Part shown: piece by piece, positions 48,827-58,991 of the stretch
Position numbering within the stretch: position 1 is the first letter of the stretch
Layout: the number at the start of each line of letters is the position of its first letter
Source of the DNA: a virus
DNA: 64,000 bases
UHGV virus genome: UHGV-1359874
Reading direction: 5' to 3' (one strand)
Program-made: the position numbers and the translations under genes
The notes under the pieces: generated by a model
What the model was told of the DNA's origin: nothing
The model's database searches: none
Seen by the model: the letters and a program-made list of their open reading frames with translations, nothing else

Positions 48827-49411
48827 TTATTCAACTCCTGGGATTCTATCATCACTTCCATGAGTTGCAGTGTAAGTTAAAGTATAACCAGATAGAGTTT
48901 CATCTAAAACTAATTCAGTACAATTAGCAAATAATAATTCACCAATTCCTGATAACTTACATCTGTTCAAAATTCCATCAATATAACCCGCAATTTTTAA
49001 AGGACGCAATCTAAAATTCCCTAAATCCCAATAATCTGTATGACACAGAATATCAAAAGAAATTGTGCAATCTCTGAATTGCGGATTAGAAGTTTCAACA
49101 AAGTTATCAAAACTGATAATAATATAGCTTTTTACTTCTTCATGCTCAGGAAACTTAACTTTTGGCTCAAGTCGAATATAACCTTCATCACGAAGTTCTT
49201 TTAATCCCATACTATCAATTTTCTCTTTATAAACTTTACTCGTTGTATTATCTAAACAATCTTTTGTATTTATAACAAGTAATCTCTTTAGTTCATTGCT
49301 ATAAGGCTTACTTGTGACAAATAATTTTCTTAAAATAGTTTCACAGTCTTTCTCACAAGAGAGAAAAGAAGATTGAAAACAACTAGCTGGAAGAATAATA
49401 TCTCTTTTCAT
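48827..49411 (-). CDS. hypothetical head-tail connector protein
   Basis: Position only. Confidence 0.25.
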   Translation of the reverse strand: MKRDIILPASCFQSSFLSCEKDCETILRKLFVTSKPYSNELKRLLVINTKDCLDNTTSKVYKEKIDSMGLKELRDEGYIRLEPKVKFPEHEEVKSYIIISFDNFVETSNPQFRDCTISFDILCHTDYWDLGNFRLRPLKIAGYIDGILNRCKLSGIGELLFANCTELVLDETLSGYTLTYTATHGSDDRIPGVE

Positions 49412-49424
49412 TTATCAACCCTCC

Positions 49425-50459
49425 TTATATACTCTCTATGGCAACTGAAATTGTTGCTACCTCAGAAGCCTGATTGAACTCTAAAACAAATTTTCCGCTT
49501 TTCTTAACAATATCAAGAGTGATAGATAATTTTTGTTTCTCAAGCAATTTTCTTTCGCCGTTTTCCAAAATATACCAATCACCTGCGGATATAGCATTTA
49601 TCGCAGAATAAGTTACTGTATCATACTTGTGAACAATAGTAGGTCCAGTAATCTGTAAAGCTGCGGGGTCCAATTCTGGAACGTCAGAAGTCTCGTCCTC
49701 TTTCTCTTTTTTGCCCGCCTCTTCTAATGTATTTTCATAGTATTCATCAAGAAATACCTGAATTACACCATCTCCATAATAAGGATTTTGTGCAACAACT
49801 TGCCAAGTTTTTTTCTTACCTGTTTCAGGTTCAATAATTTTAACTGTGCTAAATCTATGAAAATAATTTATATTTTCTTCATTTTTAGTAATATACATTA
49901 CCATAGAATAATTCAAATCATTCCATTCAATGCCACCTTTTTGATTCCACACAATAGAAGTTTCATTAGGTCCACGTAAATAGATCCAATATCTTTTACC
50001 ATTTACTTCAACTTGTTGGTCACACCGCCGAATCTCTGCACGAAAATAAGCGGTTTCTTCTATATACTGTAAATAAACAATCCAATGAGTATTAGTTTCA
50101 ACCCATAAGAAAGTATCTCCTGCTTTTAAACCAATAGTCTCAATACCTGGTAAAGTTTTTTGAGGTGGATTTAAGGTTTTATCATTTAAACAAATATCTT
50201 TAAATGGAATGGAAATAATTTTATTATCATAATCTGGACTATTTTTATTAGGATTAATTAAACATTTGAACTTTTTTTCATTATCAAGCATCGCAGTTTC
50301 CGCCTGATAAGAATTAAATAATGCTCTTTTTAAACTATTCAATTTATCTCGTTCCATGCGGACTTCAGTATTTCCGCCTCTATACTTCAATCGCTCTTGC
50401 ATATTATTTAGCCCAGACATAACACACACTCCTGAAGCATTTTTACTTTTCCGATACAT
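49425..50459 (-). CDS. hypothetical structural protein (344 aa)
   Basis: Position only. Confidence 0.25.
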   Translation of the reverse strand: MYRKSKNASGVCVMSGLNNMQERLKYRGGNTEVRMERDKLNSLKRALFNSYQAETAMLDNEKKFKCLINPNKNSPDYDNKIISIPFKDICLNDKTLNPPQKTLPGIETIGLKAGDTFLWVETNTHWIVYLQYIEETAYFRAEIRRCDQQVEVNGKRYWIYLRGPNETSIVWNQKGGIEWNDLNYSMVMYITKNEENINYFHRFSTVKIIEPETGKKKTWQVVAQNPYYGDGVIQVFLDEYYENTLEEAGKKEKEDETSDVPELDPAALQITGPTIVHKYDTVTYSAINAISAGDWYILENGERKLLEKQKLSITLDIVKKSGKFVLEFNQASEVATISVAIESI

Positions 50460-50755
50460 TCAAAAATAGTACCCCGGAAAATATCAAAATCATCTCTAGC
50501 AAAATCAGAAGTTAAACCTTCTAATTTACATTCTAGAGAGAATAAAATATTGTGAAAGTCTTTATAATCAATGAATAAAGAATCCATTCCCGCAAGCTCA
50601 TTTTGAATAGTAATTAAAGGCTTTTCCCAATCATAGCCTTCTTCACGATAAGGAAGTAGTTTATAAATTTGTCCAATTAATCTGTGTAAATTATTATTTA
50701 TAGTAGAGTTGCTAATATCTGCCGCATACTTAGTTATCATCCCAAGCACCTCCAT
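50408..50755 (-). CDS. hypothetical head-tail connector protein (115 aa)
   Basis: Position only. Overlaps neighbours. Confidence 0.25.
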   Translation of the reverse strand: MEVLGMITKYAADISNSTINNNLHRLIGQIYKLLPYREEGYDWEKPLITIQNELAGMDSLFIDYKDFHNILFSLECKLEGLTSDFARDDFDIFRGTIFECIGKVKMLQECVLCLG

Positions 50756-51296
50756 TAAGAGGCGCCATAATAATGTCCAGAGTTGAAACTATACGGCCTT
50801 CCTTATTAGTAGCTCTACGCTTATAGAGTCTTTGTAGGTGGAAACCTTCTCGGTCATAATCTTTCTTTAAAGAAAGTAATTTACTCATATGATTTGCCTG
50901 ACTAGACATTTTAAAATCTGAACCAGTATATTTCATGCGAGTATTCTCAACACTTGCTAACTGTTGTCCCAGCCACTCTACCACCATATAGGTAGCTAAA
51001 ATATTAGCTTCTTCATGTGTTAAAATACAGTTAAAGTGACCATATGTATAGATACGCGCTACTACATCTTTATGGTCACTTTCAACTCCATTATAAATTA
51101 CTTCATCTTCAAATTCCTCAAGCTCATAGTCCAAAAGCTGTCTTGGAAATTCAAACTTCGGAATCGCACTTAATAGTAATTCTTCTAATAATCTATATGT
51201 ATCAAGCTCTGTAAGCTCCATATACATATCATCAGTAGTTTTACTTAAAAACAAATCATATACAACAGAGAAGGGTGTAATTGCATTTATCGCCAT
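50730..51296 (-). CDS. hypothetical head-tail connector protein (188 aa)
   Basis: Position only. Confidence 0.25.
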   Translation of the reverse strand: MAINAITPFSVVYDLFLSKTTDDMYMELTELDTYRLLEELLLSAIPKFEFPRQLLDYELEEFEDEVIYNGVESDHKDVVARIYTYGHFNCILTHEEANILATYMVVEWLGQQLASVENTRMKYTGSDFKMSSQANHMSKLLSLKKDYDREGFHLQRLYKRRATNKEGRIVSTLDIIMAPLNGGAWDDN

Positions 51297-51317
51297 GTTA
51301 CACCTCCGTTACTCTTA

Positions 51318-51890
51318 TTACTTAGTAATGGAAGAAACCTTATACTTAGGTAACTCTGTGCGGCGACCAGCTGGTGCTTCGTCCTTAGAGGTAACACGAC
51401 GCTGCTTCACCTCTGGCTTCTCTGCTTCATCATCTCCATCAAATTTAGTATTCTGAATTTCAATGGCCTTAGAAACATTAAAGCTCAACTTCTCAAGAAT
51501 TGCTTCTCGCTTAGCAACATCATTTAAAGGCATAGTTACAGATAAATCCTTAATCATATCTAATACACCGTTAGGCGCAAAATCTAGACAATCAAGAAAT
51601 TCATCTAGAGAGCCATACTGCATAATACGTTTTACATCTTCCTCAGAATAATAATATTCTGGTTCAACACCATTTAATAACTGAGAAATAGCTTCATCAT
51701 CATGTATCACCAAATAATCAGAAAGCATCTTATGTCCACCTGGCAAATAAGATAGTGCTACAAGTTCGTTGAAAGGGATTTCCTTAGTTTCTCTAGAAAC
51801 AAACTGACGACGAACTCCCAGTTCAGGAATTGAGTAGCCAACATTTCCTGTATCACGATTAGTTACCTTAATTAAAGTATTCTTATCCAT
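51318..51890 (-). CDS. hypothetical head completion protein (190 aa)
   Basis: Position only. Confidence 0.25.
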   Translation of the reverse strand: MDKNTLIKVTNRDTGNVGYSIPELGVRRQFVSRETKEIPFNELVALSYLPGGHKMLSDYLVIHDDEAISQLLNGVEPEYYYSEEDVKRIMQYGSLDEFLDCLDFAPNGVLDMIKDLSVTMPLNDVAKREAILEKLSFNVSKAIEIQNTKFDGDDEAEKPEVKQRRVTSKDEAPAGRRTELPKYKVSSITK

Positions 51891-51910
51891 AATAAACTCC
51901 TTTTATCTCC

Positions 51911-51955
51911 TATAAAAAATGGGGGAGAATAAAATAGAATATTATTCTCTTTTAT
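51911..51955 (-). terminator. strong terminator after the capsid gene
   Basis: 14-bp stem gggggagaataaaa...ttttattctccccc with a flanking A-run. Confidence 0.6.
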
Positions 51956-51986
51956 TCTCCCCCAGTATTTTACTTAATTATATTAA

Positions 51987-53045
51987 TTACTGATTATCCA
52001 TTGTTAAACTGGTGTTCTCATACACGCAAATACCAGGATTCACCAGATAAGTAGCAATACCGACCTTCTGATAGGTCTGAATCTCAGTAGACCAGTCACG
52101 ATTCTCAAAAGATCTCACCTGAGCGCCACCTTCAAAAGCGACCTTAACAGGCTTCTCAGCACCAGTGGGGATGATGTAAGCAATAGAAGGATCAATAACC
52201 TTCTTCGCATTGGTCTCATCCTCGAAGGACTGGGGCAGAATCACAACAGTGTGGCCCTTATAAGCAGCAAAAGCTCCGTTGTTCCATAGCTGATCCTTCA
52301 TGTTATCAGAGAAAGCATTCCAGTTAGTAGCACCGCCGCTAGACACAGGAAGCATGGTAGCCGCAAATTCAAAAGTGCAATAAATAGTAGACTTGCCATA
52401 AGAATCAGCAGTAGCCAGTAGACGATCCATCTCAGCCTCATCGAAAGAAGTCTGCTTAGTCTTGTTGACAGTCTTAATGTCAGTTACAGCAGCCTTCAAA
52501 GACTTAGCAATCTCACGATAAACAGTCTCGTCCATACCCTCAAGCACAAGATCATAGTAATCATTCAGGGTGAAACGGCCATCCAGCATCTCTTCCCACT
52601 CAACGCGAGCAGCTCCACCATAAGCACTAGTTGGAACTTCCAGAGTGTAACCATCCAGCTTAAAGGTCTCATAACGACCAGCAATACCAACCTTAGTCAC
52701 GAACTGCTTAGCACGCTTACGAGAAGCCTCACTAATACGCACACGGAACATTGGCTTAGTACCCTGTGGATAAGTCTTAACGTCAGCGAACTGACCATAG
52801 TGCTGAAGAACCTTAGCAGGCAGAACCTCAGTCAGACCAACCTCCAACAGAGTATAAATTAACTTCTCATTATCACGGAAAGCCTGGGGAGTACCACCAA
52901 GCTCATTCAACTCATTAATAAAAGTTTTATTCAGAGCTTCAGCAGAGAACTTCTTGTCCTTATAAGAATAAGAGATAGAAGGATTCAAAGAAGCTTTAGC
53001 ATTGGCACGAGCCAGCTCAATCAAGTCATTCTTGTTTAAAGCCAT
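51987..53045 (-). CDS. putative major capsid protein
   Basis: 352 aa. Higher GC. Followed by a strong terminator. Preceded by scaffold-like and portal genes. Confidence 0.45.
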   Translation of the reverse strand: MALNKNDLIELARANAKASLNPSISYSYKDKKFSAEALNKTFINELNELGGTPQAFRDNEKLIYTLLEVGLTEVLPAKVLQHYGQFADVKTYPQGTKPMFRVRISEASRKRAKQFVTKVGIAGRYETFKLDGYTLEVPTSAYGGAARVEWEEMLDGRFTLNDYYDLVLEGMDETVYREIAKSLKAAVTDIKTVNKTKQTSFDEAEMDRLLATADSYGKSTIYCTFEFAATMLPVSSGGATNWNAFSDNMKDQLWNNGAFAAYKGHTVVILPQSFEDETNAKKVIDPSIAYIIPTGAEKPVKVAFEGGAQVRSFENRDWSTEIQTYQKVGIATYLVNPGICVYENTSLTMDNQ

Positions 53046-53065
53046 TATTTTTTCCTCCTTTTCTA

Positions 53066-53593
53066 TTATTCAATACGCATGAGCTTCACAGCAGGCTGAC
53101 CATCAGCCAGAGTGTACTCTTTAACAACCTGGAACACAGGACCGTCAGCCTGAGTAGAATCCAGATAACCATTAGCCGCAACGTATAGCTTATCGCCAAC
53201 CGTCAGGGAAGGACCCTCAGTCTTAGCGGTATCAGACGCCGCAGCACCAACAAAAGCATTAGTAGTGAAAATATCACCAAGCAGAATGCTTACCAGACGA
53301 GGAACAATCTCACCCTCGGTGAAATCCTCTGAACGCATAGCGAAGTCCTTGTGACTCTGCTTACGCTCATCATATAACTTTTCCTCGTTATAAATCATCA
53401 TCCATTCGCCATCACCGGTTAGATTAACCTTACCAGTCTTGTAATCATACTTGGCAAAACGTCCATTCTCAATGACCTTACCCATCTTCTCGGTGTCAAC
53501 AGGCAGCTGAGCTAGAATCTGGCCTGTAACAATACCGGAGATATGATTAGGCTCAACCTGAGAATAGCCGATACGATCAATTTTAGTAGCCAT
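53066..53593 (-). CDS. hypothetical head protein (175 aa)
   Basis: Position only. Confidence 0.3.
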   Translation of the reverse strand: MATKIDRIGYSQVEPNHISGIVTGQILAQLPVDTEKMGKVIENGRFAKYDYKTGKVNLTGDGEWMMIYNEEKLYDERKQSHKDFAMRSEDFTEGEIVPRLVSILLGDIFTTNAFVGAAASDTAKTEGPSLTVGDKLYVAANGYLDSTQADGPVFQVVKEYTLADGQPAVKLMRIE

Positions 53594-53617
53594 TCTTAAA
53601 TATCCTCCTATATTTTA

Positions 53618-55015
53618 TTACATATTTTCTTCAGTTTCCTTAACTGCCTTTAACCAAGCAGGAAGGTCATCGGAACTATTATCAATAGTATAAATCAAAG
53701 AAGTATCTGCCTCTTTCTTCTGCTCAGGCTCACTCATCTTCTTACGAGCAAAAGCAATAGAAAGCTTAGCTTCAATCTCTTCATAAGAATATTTCATCTT
53801 ATTAGCAATAACATCAGACTTATCTTCGTCAGATAGCATGGTAAAGCTGTCAATCAGCTCGTCCTTTTTAGCGTTGTCAATCTCATTCTTGAAAGCAACA
53901 AGCTTATCATACTCAATCTGAAGAGCTTCAAACTTAGTATTCAATTCATCGTACTTTTCTTGCAGTGCGGTGAACTCCTTAGAAGATTCTTCCTTCTGAT
54001 CCTCACCCTCCAGAGCTTCATCGACAATGGTACCATCATCTAACTCAACTTCTAGAGTGGACTTGGTTGAGGGTTTATCCTTCTTATCCTTGTCATCTTC
54101 CTCGTCCGTATTTTCACCGGACTTGTCGCCGCTATCATCAGAGGACTGTTCATCTTTCTTCTCGTCTTCGGACTGAGTATCATCCTTCTTCTTCTGTTCG
54201 TCCTTATCGACGAACTCAGTCTCAGTTTCCTCAGCGGGAGTCTCTACTACCTGCCCAACAGTTTCTTCAATCTGCTCAGCAATAGTCTCAACATTATCCA
54301 TTTTCTGTCCTCCTTCTAATGCAAAATTCTTTAACTCTTGCATCATAGTAAATAGAGTATGTTTAAAATCATCATCTAAGCTATAATTTAAAGTACCCTC
54401 ATGTGGAGTGATACTAGCACCTTCAAAACAAGGTTCAACATCTTCACCAAGAATACATAACTTAGAAAAGATCGCGTCATTAATAATGAAAAAATCCATA
54501 CCACTATTAGTGTCTGTTGACCAAGAGCCATTTAAACATTTTTCATCAAGTTCCATAGATTGCGGGCGGCCATCGCCTTCCGCAGCCAGCTTAGCTTCCT
54601 CGAACTGACCAGTCCAAAGATAACCTGTAGTCATAAGATATTCTCTAACAATTTTGTTACCAAAATCATCAGTATCTTCAAACTTTTGGAACCAAACATC
54701 TGCATTAGGAGCGACAAAACCATAAGGCTTTGTCATACAGTCAAAATGGATTCCTTCATCATCAATAGTTACTTTTTCTCCATGGTCAGCATAATCTTCT
54801 TTTGAAGGCTTATAATAACCAACAATAGGAGCACCGCGTAAAGTCTTAGACATTTCCGTAGCAACTTCCTTAGTGATATAAGAATGATTGCGGTTTTGTC
54901 CAATATAAAGAACTTTAATATCACAAATAGACATTAAAGGATTAACATCTAACGGCTGTAAATTGATGAACTCAGGACTGTCAATAGTTCTAACTGATTG
55001 ATGCAATCCATTCAT
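53618..55015 (-). CDS. putative scaffolding (possibly prohead protease-scaffold) protein
   Basis: C-terminal acidic (D/E/K-rich) coiled-coil region typical of scaffolds. Positioned between the portal and capsid genes. Confidence 0.4.
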   Translation of the reverse strand: MNGLHQSVRTIDSPEFINLQPLDVNPLMSICDIKVLYIGQNRNHSYITKEVATEMSKTLRGAPIVGYYKPSKEDYADHGEKVTIDDEGIHFDCMTKPYGFVAPNADVWFQKFEDTDDFGNKIVREYLMTTGYLWTGQFEEAKLAAEGDGRPQSMELDEKCLNGSWSTDTNSGMDFFIINDAIFSKLCILGEDVEPCFEGASITPHEGTLNYSLDDDFKHTLFTMMQELKNFALEGGQKMDNVETIAEQIEETVGQVVETPAEETETEFVDKDEQKKKDDTQSEDEKKDEQSSDDSGDKSGENTDEEDDKDKKDKPSTKSTLEVELDDGTIVDEALEGEDQKEESSKEFTALQEKYDELNTKFEALQIEYDKLVAFKNEIDNAKKDELIDSFTMLSDEDKSDVIANKMKYSYEEIEAKLSIAFARKKMSEPEQKKEADTSLIYTIDNSSDDLPAWLKAVKETEENM

Positions 55016-55087
55016 CTCCTAACTTATTTCTTTTCAATAATATCTAAAAATACTTTCATAAGTATTTAAAAAAATTGTCCGTACTTT

Positions 55088-56716
55088 TTATCCCTGTGCT
55101 TCAATATTTTTTATAGTCTTTTCTGACTTCTGATCGTTTTCCTTCTCTGGACGACCGCCTTCAGGATTATCCGATTTAGTTGTCTCCGCAGATTGTGTCT
55201 GATCTGTTTGCTGCTTATTCGCCGCATTGCGATTCGTCAAATAATCAGAATTCATAGTATTACTACTTAGCGGAGGTACCATCAATTCAACGAGATTTAA
55301 AACATTATTCTCGAAATATGCGTCTGCAAGGATTGAACTCTGAGACTGTCCAAGTGCCAGCTGAGGAAGGATTTTTGAACCGCCAATAGTAGATTGCTCT
55401 TTATATAACTTAACTAATTCTTTATAATTATAAATAGTAGTTCCAAGAATTTGAACTTTAAAAGAATATTTTTTAACATTTGTATTAAAATGTTGAATAA
55501 CCATATTTAAGAATTGCTCAAACTGTTGAATCAAATTATATAAAGTAGCTTCATCATTTAAAACTGACTTTTCCAATGCAATATTGCCATCAGTATTAAA
55601 TTGCATTTGTGAAATACCAGCTTGGTCATAAACAGCTGATTTAACTCTATCCATACTTTGATCTGCGGCGGTTGTAGCAGAAGTGCTAGACATATCCGCA
55701 ACATCAGTATCGGCAAAAGTAGTTAAAACATCAATACCAATAGCTCTACCTAACATACGAACCGCATTATTATGTAAAGCTTGTGCCTCATCAACATCAA
55801 AAACCAAGTCGCCATTTTTATCTATTGGCATCTTTTGAATAATTATTTTTAATAACTCTTGTTCCATCTTTTTGCGATCAAGCCCTTGCATATCATCTAA
55901 ATCAATGATAGCAGGTATAACCGCAATCAACATTGGAAAATCTTCACCGTTAATATTAAACTTAATAGTTAAGTCAACATCTAACATATACCAGCCACTA
56001 GTATCACCAGGAAAATCAGGAATTAATTTATTATTCTTATATAAATTATATCCTTTTCTAAACTCATCAGGAAATACTTTTAGCATTTTATCACGTTGAA
56101 TGTTATCTTTAAAATAATCATCAAAATAACGCATATTAAATTCAACAACAGGTCTACCATCTGCAGAAGTAAATCTTGAGCGACAATACTTCATTGGTAA
56201 TTCCTGAACCACAAATCTTTCTTTGCGGTTAATGAGATACCCATAGTAGCAACCATTGCGAATAACTTTTAATGCAGTTTCACCTAAAAACTGTTTAACT
56301 TGACTGTTATCTAAATACTTTAAAATATTATTAAAATCACCAATTATTTTTTCATTTTTAGGTGGATTCTTAGCAGAAGTATCAATATAAGTAGTTACTT
56401 TCCAATCATAACGATACATATAAGCCATATATCTACATAATCTATTGTAAATACCGCTAACTCGATAAAAGTAATTAGATATATCCCGCATCTTTAAGAT
56501 ATTTCTATCATTAATTGCACGCAATACTTCTTTCTTATCCCCTAAGTTAGGATTAGTATTTCTTAACTCACTTAGGTTATAAACCGCATCACTTAAAGGA
56601 CGGATGCCAACATTAATCTTGGAAAAGTCAACAGGAGTAAATCCATGTTCAGGTGTTTCATTATAAGGCATCATATTGAAACCTTTTTTCTTAATTTCTT
56701 GTACTCTGTTAATCAA
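55088..56716 (-). CDS. putative portal protein
   Basis: 542 aa. Immediately downstream of terL in the late operon. Confidence 0.45.
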   Translation of the reverse strand: MINRVQEIKKKGFNMMPYNETPEHGFTPVDFSKINVGIRPLSDAVYNLSELRNTNPNLGDKKEVLRAINDRNILKMRDISNYFYRVSGIYNRLCRYMAYMYRYDWKVTTYIDTSAKNPPKNEKIIGDFNNILKYLDNSQVKQFLGETALKVIRNGCYYGYLINRKERFVVQELPMKYCRSRFTSADGRPVVEFNMRYFDDYFKDNIQRDKMLKVFPDEFRKGYNLYKNNKLIPDFPGDTSGWYMLDVDLTIKFNINGEDFPMLIAVIPAIIDLDDMQGLDRKKMEQELLKIIIQKMPIDKNGDLVFDVDEAQALHNNAVRMLGRAIGIDVLTTFADTDVADMSSTSATTAADQSMDRVKSAVYDQAGISQMQFNTDGNIALEKSVLNDEATLYNLIQQFEQFLNMVIQHFNTNVKKYSFKVQILGTTIYNYKELVKLYKEQSTIGGSKILPQLALGQSQSSILADAYFENNVLNLVELMVPPLSSNTMNSDYLTNRNAANKQQTDQTQSAETTKSDNPEGGRPEKENDQKSEKTIKNIEAQG

Positions 56717-56792
56717 GAAGTTGACACCTTACCTTTCTTTTCTTCCAATTATATCATATTTTTCTAAACTTATCAACAGCAAAGTGATTTTA

Positions 56793-57160
56793 TTACCATC
56801 CATATGCAGCTTTCATTATATAGTCATAATTTAAAATATTTTCATGCCAATATGGAATTAACAGTAATTTAATATTGTGCTTACGGCAATACTCTCGTTT
56901 AAGCATATCATGATATTGCTGCTTTCTTAATCCAGCCTCGCCGCCAAATTTAGACTTAGCTTGGAAGTGTTGAATACCTTGGTATTCAATTAAGAACTCA
57001 AGTTCACCTTCGTCATCAAAAACTGCGAAATCAAAACTATCGCAAAGGATGCCCAGTCTGAGTATATAAATCTCTAAAACTATATTCTTCTTGAAACTTC
57101 AATCCAGCATCATGTAAAATATCTTCGATTTTTATTTCAGCTCTTGAACTCCTCAATTTA
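56793..57160 (-). pseudogene. frameshifted remnant of a DUF559/Vsr-like homing-endonuclease nuclease domain
   Basis: Minus-strand translation gives '...AEIKIEDILHDAGLKFQEEYSF...GHPLR*' then, after a 1-nt frame shift, 'FDFAVFDDEGELEFLIEYQGIQHF...HNIKLLLIPYW'. This is homologous to the C-terminal domains of 3407..4375 and 14573..15574. There is no ATG start and it is not in the ORF track. Confidence 0.55.
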
Positions 57161-57241
57161 AATCACCTACCTTGCTGCTTTTCAGCATCTATAATATATT
57201 AGATTTTAAGCTAGGACGGTTAATGAAAACCGCCCTGAGCT

Positions 57242-58099
57242 TTAAGTAAAGAATAAGAAATCATTAATATTTCTTCCTTTACGTCGTTTCTTAATATCTT
57301 CTTGTAGTTTTACATAATATAGACCATACAAGAACGCACTAAATTTATCCTTTTTAATACTTCTTGAAGATTGTTTAAGAATAATATTAGTACCATCATT
57401 CTCTTGAACTAGATTTAACAACTGGTCACGCAAAATAGAAGTCATAATATATGGTCTTAAATAAGCATTTCTATCATCTAATCCCATATTCTGTCCAACT
57501 TTAGTAGACATTAACTTTACTTTTGCTTGTTGTTCATCTATCAAGAATTTAACTTTACCACTTGACATTTGTGTTTGAGCATAAGAATAAGCTTCTGTGT
57601 TGATTGGCGCATTAGCTTTTATAATATACATAGCATCTTGAACAGTATCCGCAGTTTTCATCTTTTTATATTTACCTTCTTCATCGTTTTCAACTCCAAA
57701 AGGAGGTAAAATATCGCCAGTATCTGGATCTACTTGAGAAATAACCATGAAATCTACTAAACCTGCACCTAGACCATTACCATCAATAGCTAAAGTTCTA
57801 GCCTTATATTGATAATAAAGTTTTTTTAAATGAATTGCTTGCAACTCAAAATGTTCTGCATCATATGTATATATATTAACTAATGATTTTAAATCAGAGC
57901 CTTGCACTTGCGGCGTGCATTTGAACACGCAAGCTTCTGTTGTACATCCAAATCGGCCAACGTCAACTCCAATAATATAATAAGCTGATTTGGCATTGCG
58001 TCCACTCCATTCTTTTTCTGCCTGATTTAGTACCCGCTGTTTATCGAACTTTTCCGCAGAGTAGAATGCATTCTCTACGTCTCCTCCCCATCTGGACAT
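57242..58099 (-). CDS. terL: large terminase, exon 3 (RNase H-like nuclease domain)
   Basis: 'YYIIGVDVGRFG' and 'LAIDGNGLGAG' catalytic-Asp motifs of the TerL nuclease domain. Confidence 0.7.
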   Translation of the reverse strand: MSRWGGDVENAFYSAEKFDKQRVLNQAEKEWSGRNAKSAYYIIGVDVGRFGCTTEACVFKCTPQVQGSDLKSLVNIYTYDAEHFELQAIHLKKLYYQYKARTLAIDGNGLGAGLVDFMVISQVDPDTGDILPPFGVENDEEGKYKKMKTADTVQDAMYIIKANAPINTEAYSYAQTQMSSGKVKFLIDEQQAKVKLMSTKVGQNMGLDDRNAYLRPYIMTSILRDQLLNLVQENDGTNIILKQSSRSIKKDKFSAFLYGLYYVKLQEDIKKRRKGRNINDFLFFT

Positions 58100-58991
58100 C
58101 TTTTATTCTTGTACTGTTTCGCTAACAGTTTCTTCAACTTTCATTGAAGGTGAGACTATATCTTCAGTATATCTCCATATATAACCTTTAAAAGTTTTTA
58201 GTTTACCTCGACAGCACTCTCCGATATGAGTTCCCTTTGAAGCTCCTATGGCTCTAGCCGCCGCGTTGGTAGAAGGATAAGTCATAATATATTTTCCATT
58301 TAAATCATATTGATTAACTTCTTTAGCCTTACCATTATTTGTATAATTCTTGGTTTCACCTAAAACAGTTTCTCTAGACCAATAAAAATTTCCTTTTAAA
58401 CTTTTTATATTTGTAAATAATTCTTGTTTAATAGTAGACTCGCTAATTCCAACAGCTTTTGCCGCTTCTGAAATTGTTCTGTATTCAGCAATTAATTTTT
58501 TATCTTTGTTAAAACAATATACATGAGGAAATTTCTTCAATTCATACTTCATTGAATGATGAACATTTTCCAGAGAAGTACACCATTCTAAATTATCTAC
58601 ATAGTTATTAGTTTTATCTCCATCAATATGATTTACTTGATTTCTCTTTGGATTATCATTTGGAATATAAGCTAAAGCAACCATACGATGAGCATAAACT
58701 CTTTTTTTAGAGCCATCTGGTAAAGTAATATTGTAACTTAAATAACCATTTTTGTAATTGTACTGGCCTTTTAAATATTTGTCAGTTTTACTATTATAAC
58801 ATTTTCCATCTTCAGTTATATAATACCAGGTACTGATATTATCAACAATAATTTGTCTCATAATAACAACCTTTCTTTTTTTCATACTGTGCTGTACTGG
58901 CTTCGCTTGAAGCCGTTAGTCGTTGAACCTTCTTCACTAGAATAATGAAGCTCGGCTGCTGATTGCCCAATCTAGTTAATTTTTAAAACAT
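58100..58991 (-). mobile_element. putative group I intron no. 2 in terL with an HNH HEG (boundaries approximate)
   Basis: The gap between TerL ATPase and nuclease fragments contains an R/P7-like core 'GGTTCAACGACTAACGG' (minus strand, plus-strand coordinates 58907-58924) and the HNH ORF. Confidence 0.6.
58103..58885 (-). CDS. intron-encoded HNH homing endonuclease (HNH plus C-terminal HTH)
   Basis: 'YAHRMVALAYIPNDNPKRNQVNHIDGDKTNNYVDNLEWCTSLEN' HNH_3 motif. 'ISEAAKAVGISESTI' NUMOD1-like HTH. Confidence 0.7.
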   Translation of the reverse strand: MKKRKVVIMRQIIVDNISTWYYITEDGKCYNSKTDKYLKGQYNYKNGYLSYNITLPDGSKKRVYAHRMVALAYIPNDNPKRNQVNHIDGDKTNNYVDNLEWCTSLENVHHSMKYELKKFPHVYCFNKDKKLIAEYRTISEAAKAVGISESTIKQELFTNIKSLKGNFYWSRETVLGETKNYTNNGKAKEVNQYDLNGKYIMTYPSTNAAARAIGASKGTHIGECCRGKLKTFKGYIWRYTEDIVSPSMKVEETVSETVQE

